Assembly: GCF_006345805.1 (NCBI RefSeq) | Contig: NC_042997.1 | Coordinates: 125,488,001-125,552,000, forward strand | From: Octopus sinensis | Taxonomy: Eukaryota | DNA: 64,000 bases | Direction of reading: 5' to 3' | In this document: in pieces, positions 1 to 13,917 of the stretch | Layout of the letters: each line of letters begins with the position of its first letter | Position numbering within the stretch: the stretch's first letter is position 1 | The notes under the pieces: generated by a model | Seen by the model: the letters and a program-made list of their open reading frames with translations, nothing else | Database searches by the model: none | What the model was told of the DNA's origin: nothing | Made by a program: the position numbers and the translations under genes

Positions 1-514
1 TTATTTAAAGTTTTCTTGGCATGTCACTTCTTAATAATCTAATTATCGTGTTACCGAACGCTGCTTTCTCTAAGTCAAACTGAAAGGTCACAGCGTGTTC
101 ATTCAACCTGATAATTGTAGCAGCTAAATCTCACCTTAAATCACATCCTATAGTCTCAAAATCAATCTATATTAGACAATATAGTCCTGAATATGTGAAC
201 TTTTGGGATGATAATGGTTGAAACGTCTTTGGTCAAAGGTAAGCTTGAATAGACCTGAATTAGGGTCAAAACAAAAATGATAGCAAAAACAACAATGATG
301 TATAATGTGATCAAAATGTCATAAAAATCATTTCTATTCTAATATTTCATTTGCTTAATTAATTAATTAGCACCGGGAAGGAAATAAAATGCCGACCTTG
401 GCTAAAGTCGGTATATTAAGATACCGTTGTGCCGAATGTCTGTTATTGCTGTTTAGTCTGTTATCCGCGTTTCAGCAGTCCTATGGCATTCCATAAGATC
501 TAAGCCGGTGGCTA

Positions 515-900
515 TCTCTCTTCTACTTGTTTCAGTCATTTGACTGCGGCCATGCTGGAGCACCGCCTTTAGTCGAGCAAATCGTCCCAGGACTTATTCT
601 TTGTAAGCCTAGTAGTTATTCTATCGGTCTTTTTGCTGAACCGCTCAATGATGGAGACGTAAACACACCAGCATCGGTTGTCAAGCAATGTGTTGGGGAC
701 AAACACACAAACATATACACACACATACATATATACGACGGGCTTCTTTCAGGTTCCGTCTACCAAATCCACTCACAAGGCTTTGGTCAGACCAAGGCTA
801 TAGTAGAAGACACTTGCCCAAGGTGCAACGCAGTGGGACTGAACCCGGAACTATGTGGTTGGTAAGCAAGCTACTTACCACACAGCCACTCCTGCGCCTA
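515..900 (-). mobile_element. tRNA-derived SINE, family A, near full length
   Basis: Minus-strand head GGAGTGGCTGTGTGGTAAG...CCGGGTTCAGTCCC (A/B-box-like), internal CA/TA microsatellite, 3' end ...ATGACTGAAACAAGTA; many matching copies in the window. Confidence 0.9.
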
Positions 901-1846
901 TCAACTACTTTTTATCTATGGTCCCCTTTGATTATTATTTTATTCTGTATAAACTCCACAGACACTTGATTTTTAAAAGCTAGTTTTATAGATACTTCTT
1001 TCAAAATACCGATGTTGTTCATAACACATTCACTTGTGTAGTTGGACTATGTAAATCGTTAAAGAAACCTGTTTCTTGCAATAAATAAATCTATAGCGAA
1101 ATTTATCATGAGCTCTTGGAATAAATCTGTGAACCTAATTTACTATTTTTCTTATATGAATCCCCAAAAATCTTATATGAGTTCCAGGAATTATATAGGC
1201 CCCGGTTGAGAATCACTGGTCCGTGAGGATATGCTGTCTTTTCTTTTTCAAGAATAATGTAACCAGTGATTTTTCCTTTTCAAGCCAGATGTAGCGTGAT
1301 TTGAAGGAGGCCATGTTGTTATTTCTATCAGGTCACTGACGCTCCATCGTTGTTTCATTCTGTGATAAAATAATCGAAGCTAGTGTATAAGGGAAATGGG
1401 GTAGAACAGTCAACTGTTTGCACCAGTGAAACTCATTTTATCGACTTCTCAAGAATAAAAGATTTGAACTGAAAACAAAACAGCGATACCACTTGCAGAA
1501 GTAAAAAATAGATATTCACTTCCGAAGTCTCTGGTTAATTAAAGAAAAAATACGACATACAGTTCATGTGTAAAAGTCTAAACAGCATTCAGTTGTAAAA
1601 CGGTGACGGGTGACGAAATTAAATAAAATCCGTAGAGAACTTTCTGGTTTGCGTCTCGGCCCTACCTTCTTTTCCATTCAAATTTGTATTATCATGAACA
1701 AAAGAAATAAATAAGTCTCCTTTAATGAAATTCCTAATCTATGGGGAGCTGCAAATGCTATAAGCAATGATCTGACAACTAAGATTAAAGTATTAGAATA
1801 ATGAAAGTTTGTCTTTATATACATTAGTCAAATAAAGATGAGAAGT

Positions 1847-1875
1847 AACTTTTGAAGGTTGTTTTTTATGTTTAT

Positions 1876-1922
<47 letters not shown>

Positions 1923-1958
1923 TATATATATAAACATAAAAAACAACCTTCAAAAGTT
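1847..1958. repeat. Fold-back palindrome: 28-bp inverted arms around (TA)n
   Basis: aacttttgaaggttgttttttatgttta (1847-1874) is the exact reverse complement of 1931-1958. Confidence 0.9.
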
Positions 1959-2479
1959 TTTTTTGCCACCCTATATTGATTAATTATGAATTTTCTGGTT
2001 ACTTCCGTAATGGAATCGACGGCTTATATTTATTTGCTGCCGATAAATTTGGCGCGAGTGCGATGATTTGAAAATTTTAGGTCAGATATTACCTTGGCAG
2101 GGTCGGAAATGCCTCGTGAAAATATCTGTTCCGACTTGGGCTATTTCTTACTGAAGAATCTGAGGGCCTATGGAAGATTGGCTTGATTTAATTTAATCAG
2201 GTTAGTTTACCATTAAACAGCAGATGAAACGGTGCATCGTATAAGAAATTACAGGGTAAATGTTTTTTAAATTTTCTCCTGTTTACGGAATTGATTTTTA
2301 TTTGCGGTTGAAGCTTTGGCTGTTATTTCTAGTGGGTGAATGGCCTATTATGGCCGTTCCTTGATTGTTGATGTTGAACTTAAAAATGGTCTATGACTAT
2401 TTAATTTTTTCCCACTAGGCCGCTGGTGGCAAAAAAATTCTACAAAATTTTTTTTTGCCACCCTATATTGATTAATTAT
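1951..2479 (+). mobile_element. Terminally redundant HHR-bearing non-coding element (retrozyme-like / Penelope-derived)
   Basis: 37-bp direct repeat at 1951-1987 and 2443-2479 (period 492), internal HHR, (TA)n on the right and a TA fold-back on the left, no long ORF. Confidence 0.7.
2143..2249 (+). ncRNA. Type I hammerhead ribozyme, intact core
   Basis: Stem I atttctta/taagaaat; CTGAAGA 2151-2157; stem II atctg/cagat with long GU-rich extension; GAAA 2226-2229; stem III cgg-tgca-tcg; GTA site, predicted cut after 2241. Confidence 0.85.
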
Positions 2480-2494
2480 ATATATATATATATA

Positions 2495-2640
2495 AGGAAA
2501 ATTCACGAAAAAAACAAAAGACGAAGACAGGTGGTGTAGAAAACAAACAGATGTATTAGTATAACGCTCGGAAAATGAAAAAGTCTTTTACGCTTCGAGC
2601 CTATTCTCTTTCACAAAAAGGAACACAGAAAGAAACAAGG
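2495..2640 (-). mobile_element. Short Penelope-like terminal fragment with degenerate minimal HHR
   Basis: Minus strand ...gaaagagaataggctcgaagcgtaaaag resembles GAAGAG..CTCGAAACGT motif of other copies; between TA/TG tracts. Confidence 0.45.
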
Positions 2641-2648
2641 ATATATAT

Positions 2649-2682
<34 letters not shown>

Positions 2683-2922
2683 ATTTTTCAAACAGATGAA
2701 ACTGTTGACCTCAGGTTTTGCGGGGAAAATATTAGCCAATAAGGAATCCTTGAAGATTGTGATTATGGTAAGGGAAAATTCAACGACGTATTTAGTGTAG
2801 GGTCTAAGAGACTTAACATAATAAGGGTGTTAGTAGGGATAATGATGGATTGTTGAGTGAAAATTGTATGAGCTTATTCAGATAAACGGTGGCCATAGTG
2901 GTTGTAATATAAGAGAGTGAAA

Positions 2923-3507
2923 GAAGGCGGTGAGCGGGCGAAATGCTTAGCGGTATTTCGTCTGCCGCTACGTTCTGAGTTCAAATTCCGCCGAGGTCGA
3001 CTTTGCCTTTCATCCTTCCGGGGTCGATTAAATAAGTACCGTTTATGCACTGGGGTCGATATAATCGACTTAATCCGTTTGCCTGTCCTTGTTTGTCCCC
3101 TCTGTGTTTTGGCCTTTGTGCGTAGTAAAGAAATAGGTATTTCGTCTGCCGCTACGTTCTCAGTTCAAATTCCGCCGAGATCGACTTTGGCTTTCATCCT
3201 TTCGAGGTCGATTAAATAAGTACCAGTTACGAACTGGGGTTGATATAATTGACTTAATCCGTTTGTCTGTCCTTGTTTGTCCCCTCTGCGTGTAGCCAGT
3301 AAAGAAATAAGAAACGTTAGTACGCAGGGCGAAATGTTTAGCGGTATTTCGTCTGTCCTTACGTTCTGAGTTCAAATTCTGCCGAGGTCGACTTTGCCTT
3401 TCATCCTTTCGGGGTGGATAAATTAAGCACCAGCTGCGCACTGGGGTCGATCTAATCGGCTGGCCGCCTCCCCCAAAATTTCAGGCCTTGTGCCTAGAGT
3501 AGAAAAG
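2923..3507 (+). mobile_element. SINE family B, trimeric composite with 17-bp TSD
   Basis: Three copies of core gttctgagttcaaattccgccgaggtcgactttgcctttcatcc; TSD aatataagagagtgaaa at 2906-2922 and 3508-3524. Confidence 0.9.
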
Positions 3508-5049
3508 AATATAAGAGAGTGAAATGGGAAGTAACCTGTGTGTAGCATGGTGAATACCTTAGCCAGGATGTCTCGCTGGAATATTAAACCTGTTCCATTA
3601 GTTTACAGTTACTTTGCTTTATAGATCCCGCAATGAAGAAAAGGAAATCTGATCTCAGCGAGATTTGAGCGCAGAAGGTAAAGCACCATGACTGAATATC
3701 GTAGCCATAATGTCTGCCGCTCTAATGATTCTGCCAGTTCGTTTCCTATCAGACGCTCACCCTTGTAGAAGCAATGTCTTATAAGTGGGGAGCAGTGCAC
3801 CAGTACATGTCTTATTTTATCTTCTCTGGGGGGTGGTTAGCAAATAATCTGATGAAGTATGTTGCAGTATTAATTGTTATGTTCACTTCATTGCTGTAAT
3901 TGATCGGTTTCTTCATGCTGTAAGATAATTGAAGCCGCAAAGTTAATCAGACATATTGGAGACTAAGTGTTTCTTATCGTGTGTGACTAATAAAGTTCTT
4001 ACGATTTACCAAAGTAATCGTGACGAGATATCAGAAGATAACATCATAACACGACCCTGTAGGAAGAATATAGATTTACAAGCAATTTCCATTCTATTGT
4101 TACTAAACAAAATTAAATCGCGTGGGAAATGTGATTCTTTTAATTTACTACATAGAAATACGAACTGCAATGTGCAATATGCACAAATGAGAACTAAACA
4201 TAGTAAACAAGAGACTACAAAAGAGCGAGAAAACCTTTTAAAACTACGTAATTATTTCCAGGAGGTGACGCTCGAGTCGTTTAACCAATCGTGTATGTGG
4301 GCTGATCTGAAGACTAATATTGCCTACATTTTTCTTAACTTCACCTAACTGATCGTCAGAGAACTTTATTATTTAGTTCTGATATGCTAGATAGAATCGA
4401 CGTTTGGCAATTCAATAGATATTGATAGAATAGCTTTGCAGTTGAAAAGCATAGTTATAGTAGAGTTAGTATGAAGGTTAGTTCTAGAATTATTATTAGT
4501 AGTAGTATTTGGATTTTATTAGATGTTTGCCTTTGCATCAATGATATATCATTTAGTTGTTTTTTTTCTAAAATATATCATCTCGCTGAGATGGGGGTTT
4601 CTGAAGTGTATAATTCAATTTATAGGGGAAATAGAGAAAGAACATTTACAGGGAACAACAAGCTAGGGTTAATAAAATTGACACGATACTATAAAACTCT
4701 ACTGAATTACCTTCTCCTGCTTTTTCACTAAACTGCCTGTTATTTTCTATCGAAAGATACACAAACAAATGGTTTTCGATCATTAATATAGAAGATCAAA
4801 CACACTGCGATTGCTATAGACAAGCTAACACGAGCAGAGAGCATGACGTGTCTGTGAGACAGATTTCCCTCATCGCACACTTTCAACAATCTCTATTAAA
4901 TTGCTATACTATTCACATTTAGAACGTCCGTGAAGATAGTGTTTTTCAGCATGTGATTACAATGTCACAATGGGTTTTATGTACATAAAGGACATAGAAA
5001 TTTCATTGTACATATCGTGTGAGTGTTTGTATCGATGAATATTATTATA

Positions 5050-5360
5050 TCTATCTGTTGCTATATCTCTATCTAGCTATCCACTAAACACGGAAGCCTA
5101 CATGTGCGTATGTATATATTCTTAAACATGTCTGTTTGAATCAATTTGGTTATACAAGTGCGTGTGTTTGTGTGTACGTGCGTGGGGGGTATGTATATAT
5201 GCAAATACATGTATATATTTGTATATATACATATATATGTATATATTGTATATATACATATATGTAAATATATGCACATATATGAATATATATATATATA
5301 TAATATATATATATATACATGTACGTATATATGAATATATACATATATAAGTGTATATAT

Positions 5361-5424
<64 letters not shown>

Positions 5425-5487
5425 CATGTCTATGTGTCTGAATGCAAATATACATGAGCATGGGAGTGCGTGTGTGTGTGCGTATAC

Positions 5488-5535
<48 letters not shown>

Positions 5536-5887
5536 TGAGAGAAATAGAGAAAGCTAAACGAGCACTCACATTTGTACATACATACATACATATACTCACA
5601 AGCTCGCGAACACAAACACTCACCTATATATAATTTTCTATGTACTCGTACTGTATGTATATTCCTCAAAATTACCCAGCTTGGTGATAAATATATTTAT
5701 ATATATATTTATCAATATCATATATATATAAATGTATGATGTACGCACGCATGTGTATATACGTGTCGGTGTATGTATTTATGTATGTGTGTGTGTATAT
5801 ATATACGCGTGGGTAAATGTATTTATATATGTGTGCATATGAGAGAACATATATTTGTAAATACATGTGTATTTCTATTTGTTGATC

Positions 5888-5929
<42 letters not shown>

Positions 5930-5971
5930 TAGTAGTAGTAGTGGTGGTGGTGGTGGTTGTGGTGCTGGTAT

Positions 5972-6015
<44 letters not shown>
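5050..6015. repeat. Compound microsatellite block (TA, TG, GA, TAG, TGG)
   Basis: Directly visible simple repeats. Confidence 0.95.
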
Positions 6016-6950
6016 AGAGGAGAAGGAGAAGGAGGAACGTTTCCATACATGTACCATTAGTGTTGTAGGCTTTCCCCGACTACTGGTGTAATTGATAAGC
6101 ATGATATTCCACTTCAATATTTGTTGAACTTGAATGAGTGAACAGAGAGAGAGAAACTTCCCTAGGCTACAGAGAGATAAGATGGTCGATATGCCACGTT
6201 GCATGGTTCATATATTTTCACTGTTGATCGAACAAGCGAGCAGCTTATGCATACGGCGCTGTTCAGCCAAAAAAGCCTCCACAGGGAGGATCCGGCGTGT
6301 GCTAGTCGTTCATTCAATCCCTCCTTACTGATCGTCCGGCGGATTGCAGCAGTTGTTTTCTCGTTAAAATACGGCAGTCTCGAAAGACAAATGTTATCCC
6401 TGGATGGGTGGGTCTTGCTAGATACTCTGATATTTAAGTGTTTGGTGAAAGAAACTAAATAGCCATTCTCTCTAAGGATTGTTCAGAATTCTATGGTGAT
6501 GGTCTTTTTGTCACCTGTCTTGTTGCATTTACTATGTATCTTATGGATCATATTTCTTACTTAAACTGACTTAGTTCTGATGGGCAGGGCTGAATTATAA
6601 GGCACATTTAGGCCCCTGCGTACAAACTTTTTCTTAAAGTAAATGGTAATGTATCCTTTTCTCTGTAACTTTGAATTCAAAGTCAAGTAGAGATAAAGAA
6701 CTTGTGATATTCGAATTTTATGCGCTCATTAATGTTATTGAATATGTTGCATATTTTAAAGACCTTCGCGTGGGAGAATGTCAGCAAGAGGATATCTTGT
6801 AATCATCTGACGAAAAAAAGGCGGAACAATGACGGGTGTTGAATGTCCTGGCTGTTAAGTGGACCGTGTGTGCATGCATATATATATTTATCCTGTTCAT
6901 GCTATTTTATTAGCATTATTACGCGTTTGAGAATAAACTATTTCTGTATC

Positions 6951-6981
<31 letters not shown>

Positions 6982-7274
6982 AAACTGGGACAAGAATGCA
7001 AAATATTTAGGAGACGATACAAAGAACACGGACGGGACATTCGAAGCCTTCAATCTTCAGTCAAGAACAGGATCATCATCGCAATTTCGGCTGATTAATC
7101 TTGAGATTGCTCCAATCTGGCCAGCCTAAAGGAAAAACTAAGCTAAGCGCATTAGATTCCTTGGAAGAAAGCTTCGAATGTATACAAAACAAGGACGGAA
7201 AAACGGACGATGTTACCCGAATATGAATTCAAAAATAATACGTAAAAACAATAATGATAATAATACGTAAAAAC

Positions 7275-7338
<64 letters not shown>

Positions 7339-7766
7339 TAATAATAATAATATAAAATAATAATAGTAACAATAACAGGACATCACAAACAGGCGTCTTT
7401 CGACTTAGACGAATTAAACCCAGCTGGCGTGTTGGGAATGTCCCTTGGGGCAGAGAAAAAAATGTTGATATTACCACGACCGCTGCCAGACCCAAAAGGC
7501 CAGTAGTCGGTTAGTCAGTCATCTGTGAAGAGAAGAGAGAGGAAAAGAGGGACAGAGGAATTAAGGAGGGGTAGAAGAGAGAGAACAAGAGGAACAGGGA
7601 ATTAAGGAGGAGGAGAAGAGAGAAAGAGCGAGGAAAAGAGACAGGGACAAAGTGAAGTGCAAAGTAAGAAAGGCAAGGAATTGTTGGAAAGTGGGGGGAG
7701 AGACAGAGTCGTACCAAGTTTAGAGAAATGTGTACATACATATAAGAGAGAGGATACGTACGCCGC

Positions 7767-7802
<36 letters not shown>

Positions 7803-7875
7803 ATACGCACGCACACATATATGTATGTATGCGTATGTATATATGCATGTATGTACGTAAGTATGTATGTATGTG

Positions 7876-7914
<39 letters not shown>

Positions 7915-7990
7915 GTGTGCTGCTGTGCGTCGAAGTGATAGAGTGGTAGGAATGTTAGAGTCGCAGACATATATATACTGTATATATGTA

Positions 7991-8049
<59 letters not shown>

Positions 8050-8381
8050 GTATATATATATATATATGTGTGTCTGTCTGTATGTACGTATGTATATATA
8101 TAAGATTAAAAATTCAAAAGGAAACGGAGAATACATACAAAAGAATTCAGAATTTTTAAGCTTTTTTCTCCTCTGTCGAAAGTGAAGGAAATATCCATAG
8201 CGACAACTGGAAATTCAGAGGTGTAAAGTACTAATATTGAAGAAGAAGAACCAACCATAAACACTAGTACACACAATTTTCAAGGACACATGGAAACTTT
8301 CCAGTATCGTTAAACGATACTAGTGCAAAACTGGTGTAGGCTTGGATAATATATGCCTAAGAAAGAACTTCTTTCTATACC

Positions 8382-8424
<43 letters not shown>

Positions 8425-8434
8425 GTGTGTGTAG

Positions 8435-8465
<31 letters not shown>

Positions 8466-8467
<2 letters not shown>

Positions 8468-8508
8468 CACTTATATGCGCATGTATGTGTGTATGTATCT
8501 GCATATGT

Positions 8509-8560
<52 letters not shown>

Positions 8561-8609
8561 ATATATACATATGCAGATACATACACACATACATGCGCAT
8601 ATAAGTGTA
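8466..8609. repeat. Fold-back palindrome: ~42-bp inverted arms around (TA)n
   Basis: tacacttatatgcgcatgtatgtgtgtatgtatctgcatatg is mirrored by catatgcagatac...catataagtgta. Confidence 0.85.
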
Positions 8610-9469
8610 CAAAAGTATTTTGTTTTCAAAGAACTTTATCTGAAAATGATATTGATTGATTGAGGGGACAATAGCTAAAATTCCATCAGCTACAGACAGC
8701 ATCAAGCCGCTAGAGGAACCATCAGTCTCTATGACGTCATCATACCAATACAGATATGACCACACCACTACAAATACGACCACACAACTTGAAACACCAC
8801 CATACCACCGCACAAATATTATCAAATTACTACAGAACACCACCATGTCACTACGCAATTACGGTATCATTCAACAGCCGCACACCGTTCTTTTTAAGGA
8901 CATCTACGACTGAATCATCTAATGTATTTTTATCATTATTATTCAAGACTGTATGAAGACAGAATCGTTAGCGCATCCGATCAAATGCTTAGTGATATCT
9001 CTTCCGTCTCTTTACGTTCTAACTTCAAAACCCGCCAAGGACAACGTTGCCTTTCATCAAAGTGTATGATAATAGCCTTTTGATTTTTACCCTGATTATT
9101 GATTCACTCTTATGTTAACAGATTCCATTCAAGGAATCTAGAATTATCTGATTACTTGAAGGTAAAATACAAAAGTCAAGATCAGTGATCAATTAGGTGG
9201 GATTTTGCTTTTTTTTTTGTGGGGAGGTGTTTGATTTTTTTTTTTTTTTTGGAAGAAATAAATGTAGGAATTTCATTGCCAACAATTTTATTTTATTTTA
9301 TTCCATACTCGAAACAGTACTCCATCTTCGTTCATCAATTTCTGGTATATGCATGTGTTATGTACGGAATCTATCTATGTGTGATTGAGTATGAATGTGT
9401 GTATGTGTTCATTTTCTCTTTTTAAATTAGATTTAGTTTCGACCGGCCATCAGCTTGGTGGCAAGGTTA

Positions 9470-9471
9470 TG

Positions 9472-9538
<67 letters not shown>

Positions 9539-9605
9539 TAATAATAATAACAATAATAATAATAACAACAACAACAACACCAACAACAACAACAACAACA
9601 ACAAC

Positions 9606-9640
<35 letters not shown>

Positions 9641-9665
9641 TAACAATAACAATAACTAATAATAA
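9470..9665. repeat. (AAT)n/(AAC)n microsatellite
   Basis: Directly visible. Confidence 0.95.
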
Positions 9666-10545
9666 AGGGCCATGAAGAAGAATTACGCAAGAAAGGACTA
9701 CAAAATCAACTCTATGCAGCCTCAACAGAATCTGCCGGAAAAAATAGGTGATATTGACTGATTAAAGGAACACTAAAAAAGAGACCGAGAGCACTATGCT
9801 GGCAGCGCAAGATCAAGATTTGGCCATGAACTGGGGGTGGGGTCAACCTTAAGAATGAGCAAGTGTCTCCGCTGTGCTGCATCTGCAATAGAGTGCATGA
9901 AACCATTGCCCATATCACGAACGAATGCCCAAGACTTGCCCAAAATCACTACAAGTTGTGGCGACACGATCAGGTAGTGAAAGTGCTGTATTGGAAACTG
10001 AGCGAAAAGTGGTGCTAGAGTAAGGGAAGACGTGGTATGAGCACAAACCGCAGAGAGTGACGACGTCGGAAACTAGCAAAATCCTCCGGGATTTCCCAAT
10101 CCAAGCAGATCAGGTCCTAGAGCATAACAGACCTGGCCTAGTGGTGGTGGTCAAGGTGCACGACATATGTTATATAGTTGTTGCATACCGCTTTCACCCA
10201 CGAATAGTCAAGAAGGAAGGCGAAAAGATAGATAAATACAACCCTCTTAAGTACGAAATAGCCCGGCTATGGCAAATGAAGAAGCTGAAGATAGTGTGCG
10301 TGTCAATTATTGCTGGGTCCTTGGGAACACCATTAGAAGGTATCAAGGGAAATATACAGGAAATTGGAATAGAGTACCCAGTAGAACTGTTACAGAAGGT
10401 TTGCCTCCTTGGCACGGCCAGAATAATCAGGAAAGTATTAGATAGCTAAAAATAACGGATAGCATGGTACCATAGGCTACATGGAGCAAGCCCGCTACGC
10501 ATGCAAGACTCCGGGAGCTCCAATAAAACCTGTGATAAAGAGAAT
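9665..10545 (+). mobile_element. 5'-truncated R4/Dong-like LINE (CCHC finger + restriction-like endonuclease), disrupted
   Basis: Translations give LKKETESTMLAAQDQ, CxxC...ETIAHITNEC...RHD, HNRP(G)LVVV, KEGEKIDKY, LQKVCLLGTARIIRKVL; starts right after (AAT)n and ends in taataatgata. Confidence 0.85.
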
Positions 10546-10554
10546 TAATAATGA

Positions 10555-12990
10555 TAGGTACAAATCTAAAACTGTATATTGAGTACTGAATTTGCAAATT
10601 TCTTATCATTGGTCCATAGAAGTGTTATTTCTCTCTTATTTTTCTGACCACGTCAGTGTCCATCGGGTGGCCGACTTCCACAACACAGCATTTTATACTA
10701 CAGTTACACATGTATGTATATCAGGTCTGTTGTGCTTATATTTTATTGAGGTCTTCACTGGTACATTCTACCAGTATTTTTTTTTATTATGAGTGGCTAT
10801 GGCTTCTACCATATTGTGAGTTCATTGTGTCCTAGCTGCGTCATGTCTCATCGGTAGATAATAGCGTGATGACATTTTCAGACAACTGCTTATGATATGC
10901 GTGATATCTTCAGTGTAAAGCTATCACGCCTTTGCTGCATCTCTATCCCTTTTGTGCATCAGGTATTTGGTTGATATTTCCTGTTCCTGGATTGCAAACG
11001 CATACCCTTCAAAGTGGGAGGTAGTAATCTGGCTATTGGTCGATGATAAACTGCTTTGATGATCGATGTTACCATCATCGCGGAGCTTTCTACTAACATA
11101 TCCATGCCTAGTCTTCTGCTCATACAGGCTCATCCTTTCATCTGGTGATATGTTGCGGTAGAGTCGTGCGACTTCTTTCAGCATGTATTCTAGGTTATCA
11201 GACAATGAGTGTTGCTCAAAGAGCTGCCTTCTAAGTCTTATGATGTTATCAACCTCATGTATGCAGACTTGGTCAAGGGATCTACTTCGACACTTGGTGG
11301 TTAAAAGATGTTGCCGGGGGGGGGGGTATGATGCGATATTCAAAAGCATTTTAAATCGATGTTAAGCCTCTACCGCCTTGTTTTCGTTTTAGGTAGAGGC
11401 GGTGTACACCACTGTTTATGCGGAAATTATGTGTGCTTGTTAGTATTTTTCGGCTTTTCACATCAATGGCTCGGATCTCATCAAGCGTCCAATCAAGCAT
11501 CCCTAATGTTGGTATAGGTACTAGCACTGAAAACACATTGTTGGTCACTGTTTTATTGAATGCAGGGAGTTCTAAGGTCCAAATTTTCTTTATTCAACTG
11601 TTATATTCTTTAGTGATAGTGTTTTGTTGCAGGGACCATTATAAGATATATTTTCATCCACCCCTAGATACCTGTAATATTCCTCGTCAGATACAGGGCA
11701 AACAGTCAAATGATTGATGGAGATATTGCTAGTTTGGTTTATAGTCTTCCCCCTTTTCACAATCATATAACATTTATCTTGACCAAACTCCAACCCTACA
11801 TCCTTTGAAAATGTTGTAATTAGGTCAAGGCTCTTTTTCATCTCATGCATATTCTTCGCATAAAGTTTTAAGTCATCCACAAAGAAACAGTGTGTAATTT
11901 TAGTATTTCTGTTACCTTGTGAACCAGTGAGATACCTTCAGACCGCTTTAACAAAGGGTTTACAGAAAGTATACACAATATCACAGAGAGGCTGTCTTCT
12001 TGGAATATGCCTTTGCGATATTGTATTCTATCGGTGATAATACAGTCACTCTTTGCGTTTAATTTCAAGATGGTGGTCCACGATGAAGTCAGGTCAGCTA
12101 TGGCTTTGACTATTCTCACTAGAACTTTAGCAAGCTGAAGGGCTTCTAGCATCCATGAGTGGGGAACAGATTCAAAGGCCTTCTTGCAGTCTAGCCACAT
12201 TGAAACTAGGTTGTTCCTATTCTCTCGCATCTCAGACAACACAGTTTTGTAGATTAACAATTACTCGGTACATCCTTCTTCCCAGCCGCATGTTTTGATG
12301 TGATAATGTTATTGGTTTCACAATGGTCGTAGAAAAAGAGGTTTAAACACGCTGTATATATTTTGTACATTAAGTTCTGGCATGCAATTGGCCGGTAGCT
12401 TTTTTGCCATGTGGGTGGTTCTGCATTTGGGGATCAATTTTGTCTCTGCCAGAGCTAGCCGGTGTGGTATGCTACTGTTCCCAATGAAAGCTTGCCGATA
12501 CAGATTGATAAGATATGGTCGATAGAATGTTTGCTTCTTGTACCAATATCCAACAATCAAGTCTCTTCTAGGAGCTTTTCTATCTTGGAGTTTCTGAATC
12601 AGAGTTTGCAAGAGTTTCACTATCAATGTTGTATGTCTTGGATGTAACGCAGAAGTAATAACTTTTTCGGATTTCTCCCAGCCACAGAGCATCCTGGTTA
12701 AATTCCTCCTCTTCACTCCAGATTTTCCTCCAGAAGGAGTCTATGTCTTCTTGTGAAGGAGCTTCCATAATGTTTACTACTCCTCCTCTCATGTCTCTAT
12801 CTTCTGATGTCGAAGTTTTTCACTGACAGCTTTTAGCTCCTGCTTGAGGGTAATCAGTTTGAAAGTGAGTGTATTCTTTTTGATGTCTCCAAACATCACA
12901 TCTATCTCCTTCTTCACTTTCTGTTGGTGGGACTTTCTCCTCGACAAAGTCCTTCAAAGCCAAATTTCTTTTTCTCGGGAAATTTCAGTA
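10555..12990 (-). mobile_element. Decayed R4/Dong-like LINE with RT domain (frameshifted)
   Basis: ORF pieces WLDCKKAFESVPHSW, GIFQEDSLS, MDDLKLYAK, YRYLGV, RLYLKRKQGGRGL, YAFAIQEQEI in collinear order. Confidence 0.9.
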
Positions 12991-13824
12991 AGGACACATT
13001 TCACCGGCATATAATACTGACTACCACTACTATTACAATTGTATGTATGTATGTATGTATGTATGTATGTATGTATGTATGTATGTATGTATGTATGTAT
13101 GTATGTATGTATGTATGTGTATGAGTAAGTGTGTAAGTGTATGAGTAAGTGTATGAGTATGTATGTAAGTGTATGAGTAAGTGTATGTATGTAAGTGTCT
13201 GCGTTAAATCTACCAACCACTGTTATGTTCAGATCGTTACATACACACTTTCGTTTGTTCCAGCCATCAAAGTTAAGACTATACTGGAACATCATTTTCA
13301 AAATAATATCAGTCATTATAAGTTTCTTAAGACATTGTATCGTGCGACACAATGCATTTTGTTTGCCTTAAAAAAAATCTTAGCTATAAGGTGTTTTGCC
13401 TATTGTGTGGTGACACGCCAGAAAAGTTAAACAATAACATAATTACTGTTAAATGTAAAAGAAATTTCGTGCCAAAAGTCTATAAAAGTCAACACATGAA
13501 AGAGGTTTTGTTTTGCCTTGTTTTTTTTAAAGAACCGAAGATAAAATGATATATAATTTCATCTCGTTAATATAAACTAAATTCAAAAACCTTTGGCAAA
13601 GAAAGATGTCGAACAAGCTCTTCAAATGTGTTGTGATTGGCGAAATAGTGAGTTAGAGGTATTGTCTGTATTTATGTTATATGCCTGATGACATGACGGT
13701 CTCACATTGGAAGAGTTACTTTGCGAGATGGGGGTATCGAGACCGGAAGCAAATAAGACGAATCGTTCTGTACATTGTTAAAACTGAAAGGTGCAGTGAG
13801 AGAAGCGAGATGAAGAGAGAAGCA

Positions 13825-13871
<47 letters not shown>

Positions 13872-13917
13872 TAGATAGATAGATAGATAGATAGATAGAT
13901 TGATAGATAGATAGATA

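Noticed and set aside
527-969. Recurrent peptide RRASFSFRLPNPLTRL... suggesting a gene family
   Set aside because: Antisense translation of SINE A
3956-4348. 130-aa ORF
   Set aside because: Non-ATG start, no recognisable domain, no splice support
6980-7230. Possible type II HHR on the minus strand (GAAA ... CTGAAGA)
   Set aside because: Stems I and II could not be paired convincingly; probably a repeat fragment
8290-8340. Hairpin followed by GAAA on the minus strand (similar at 53225-53255)
   Set aside because: No CUGANGA-like box in register
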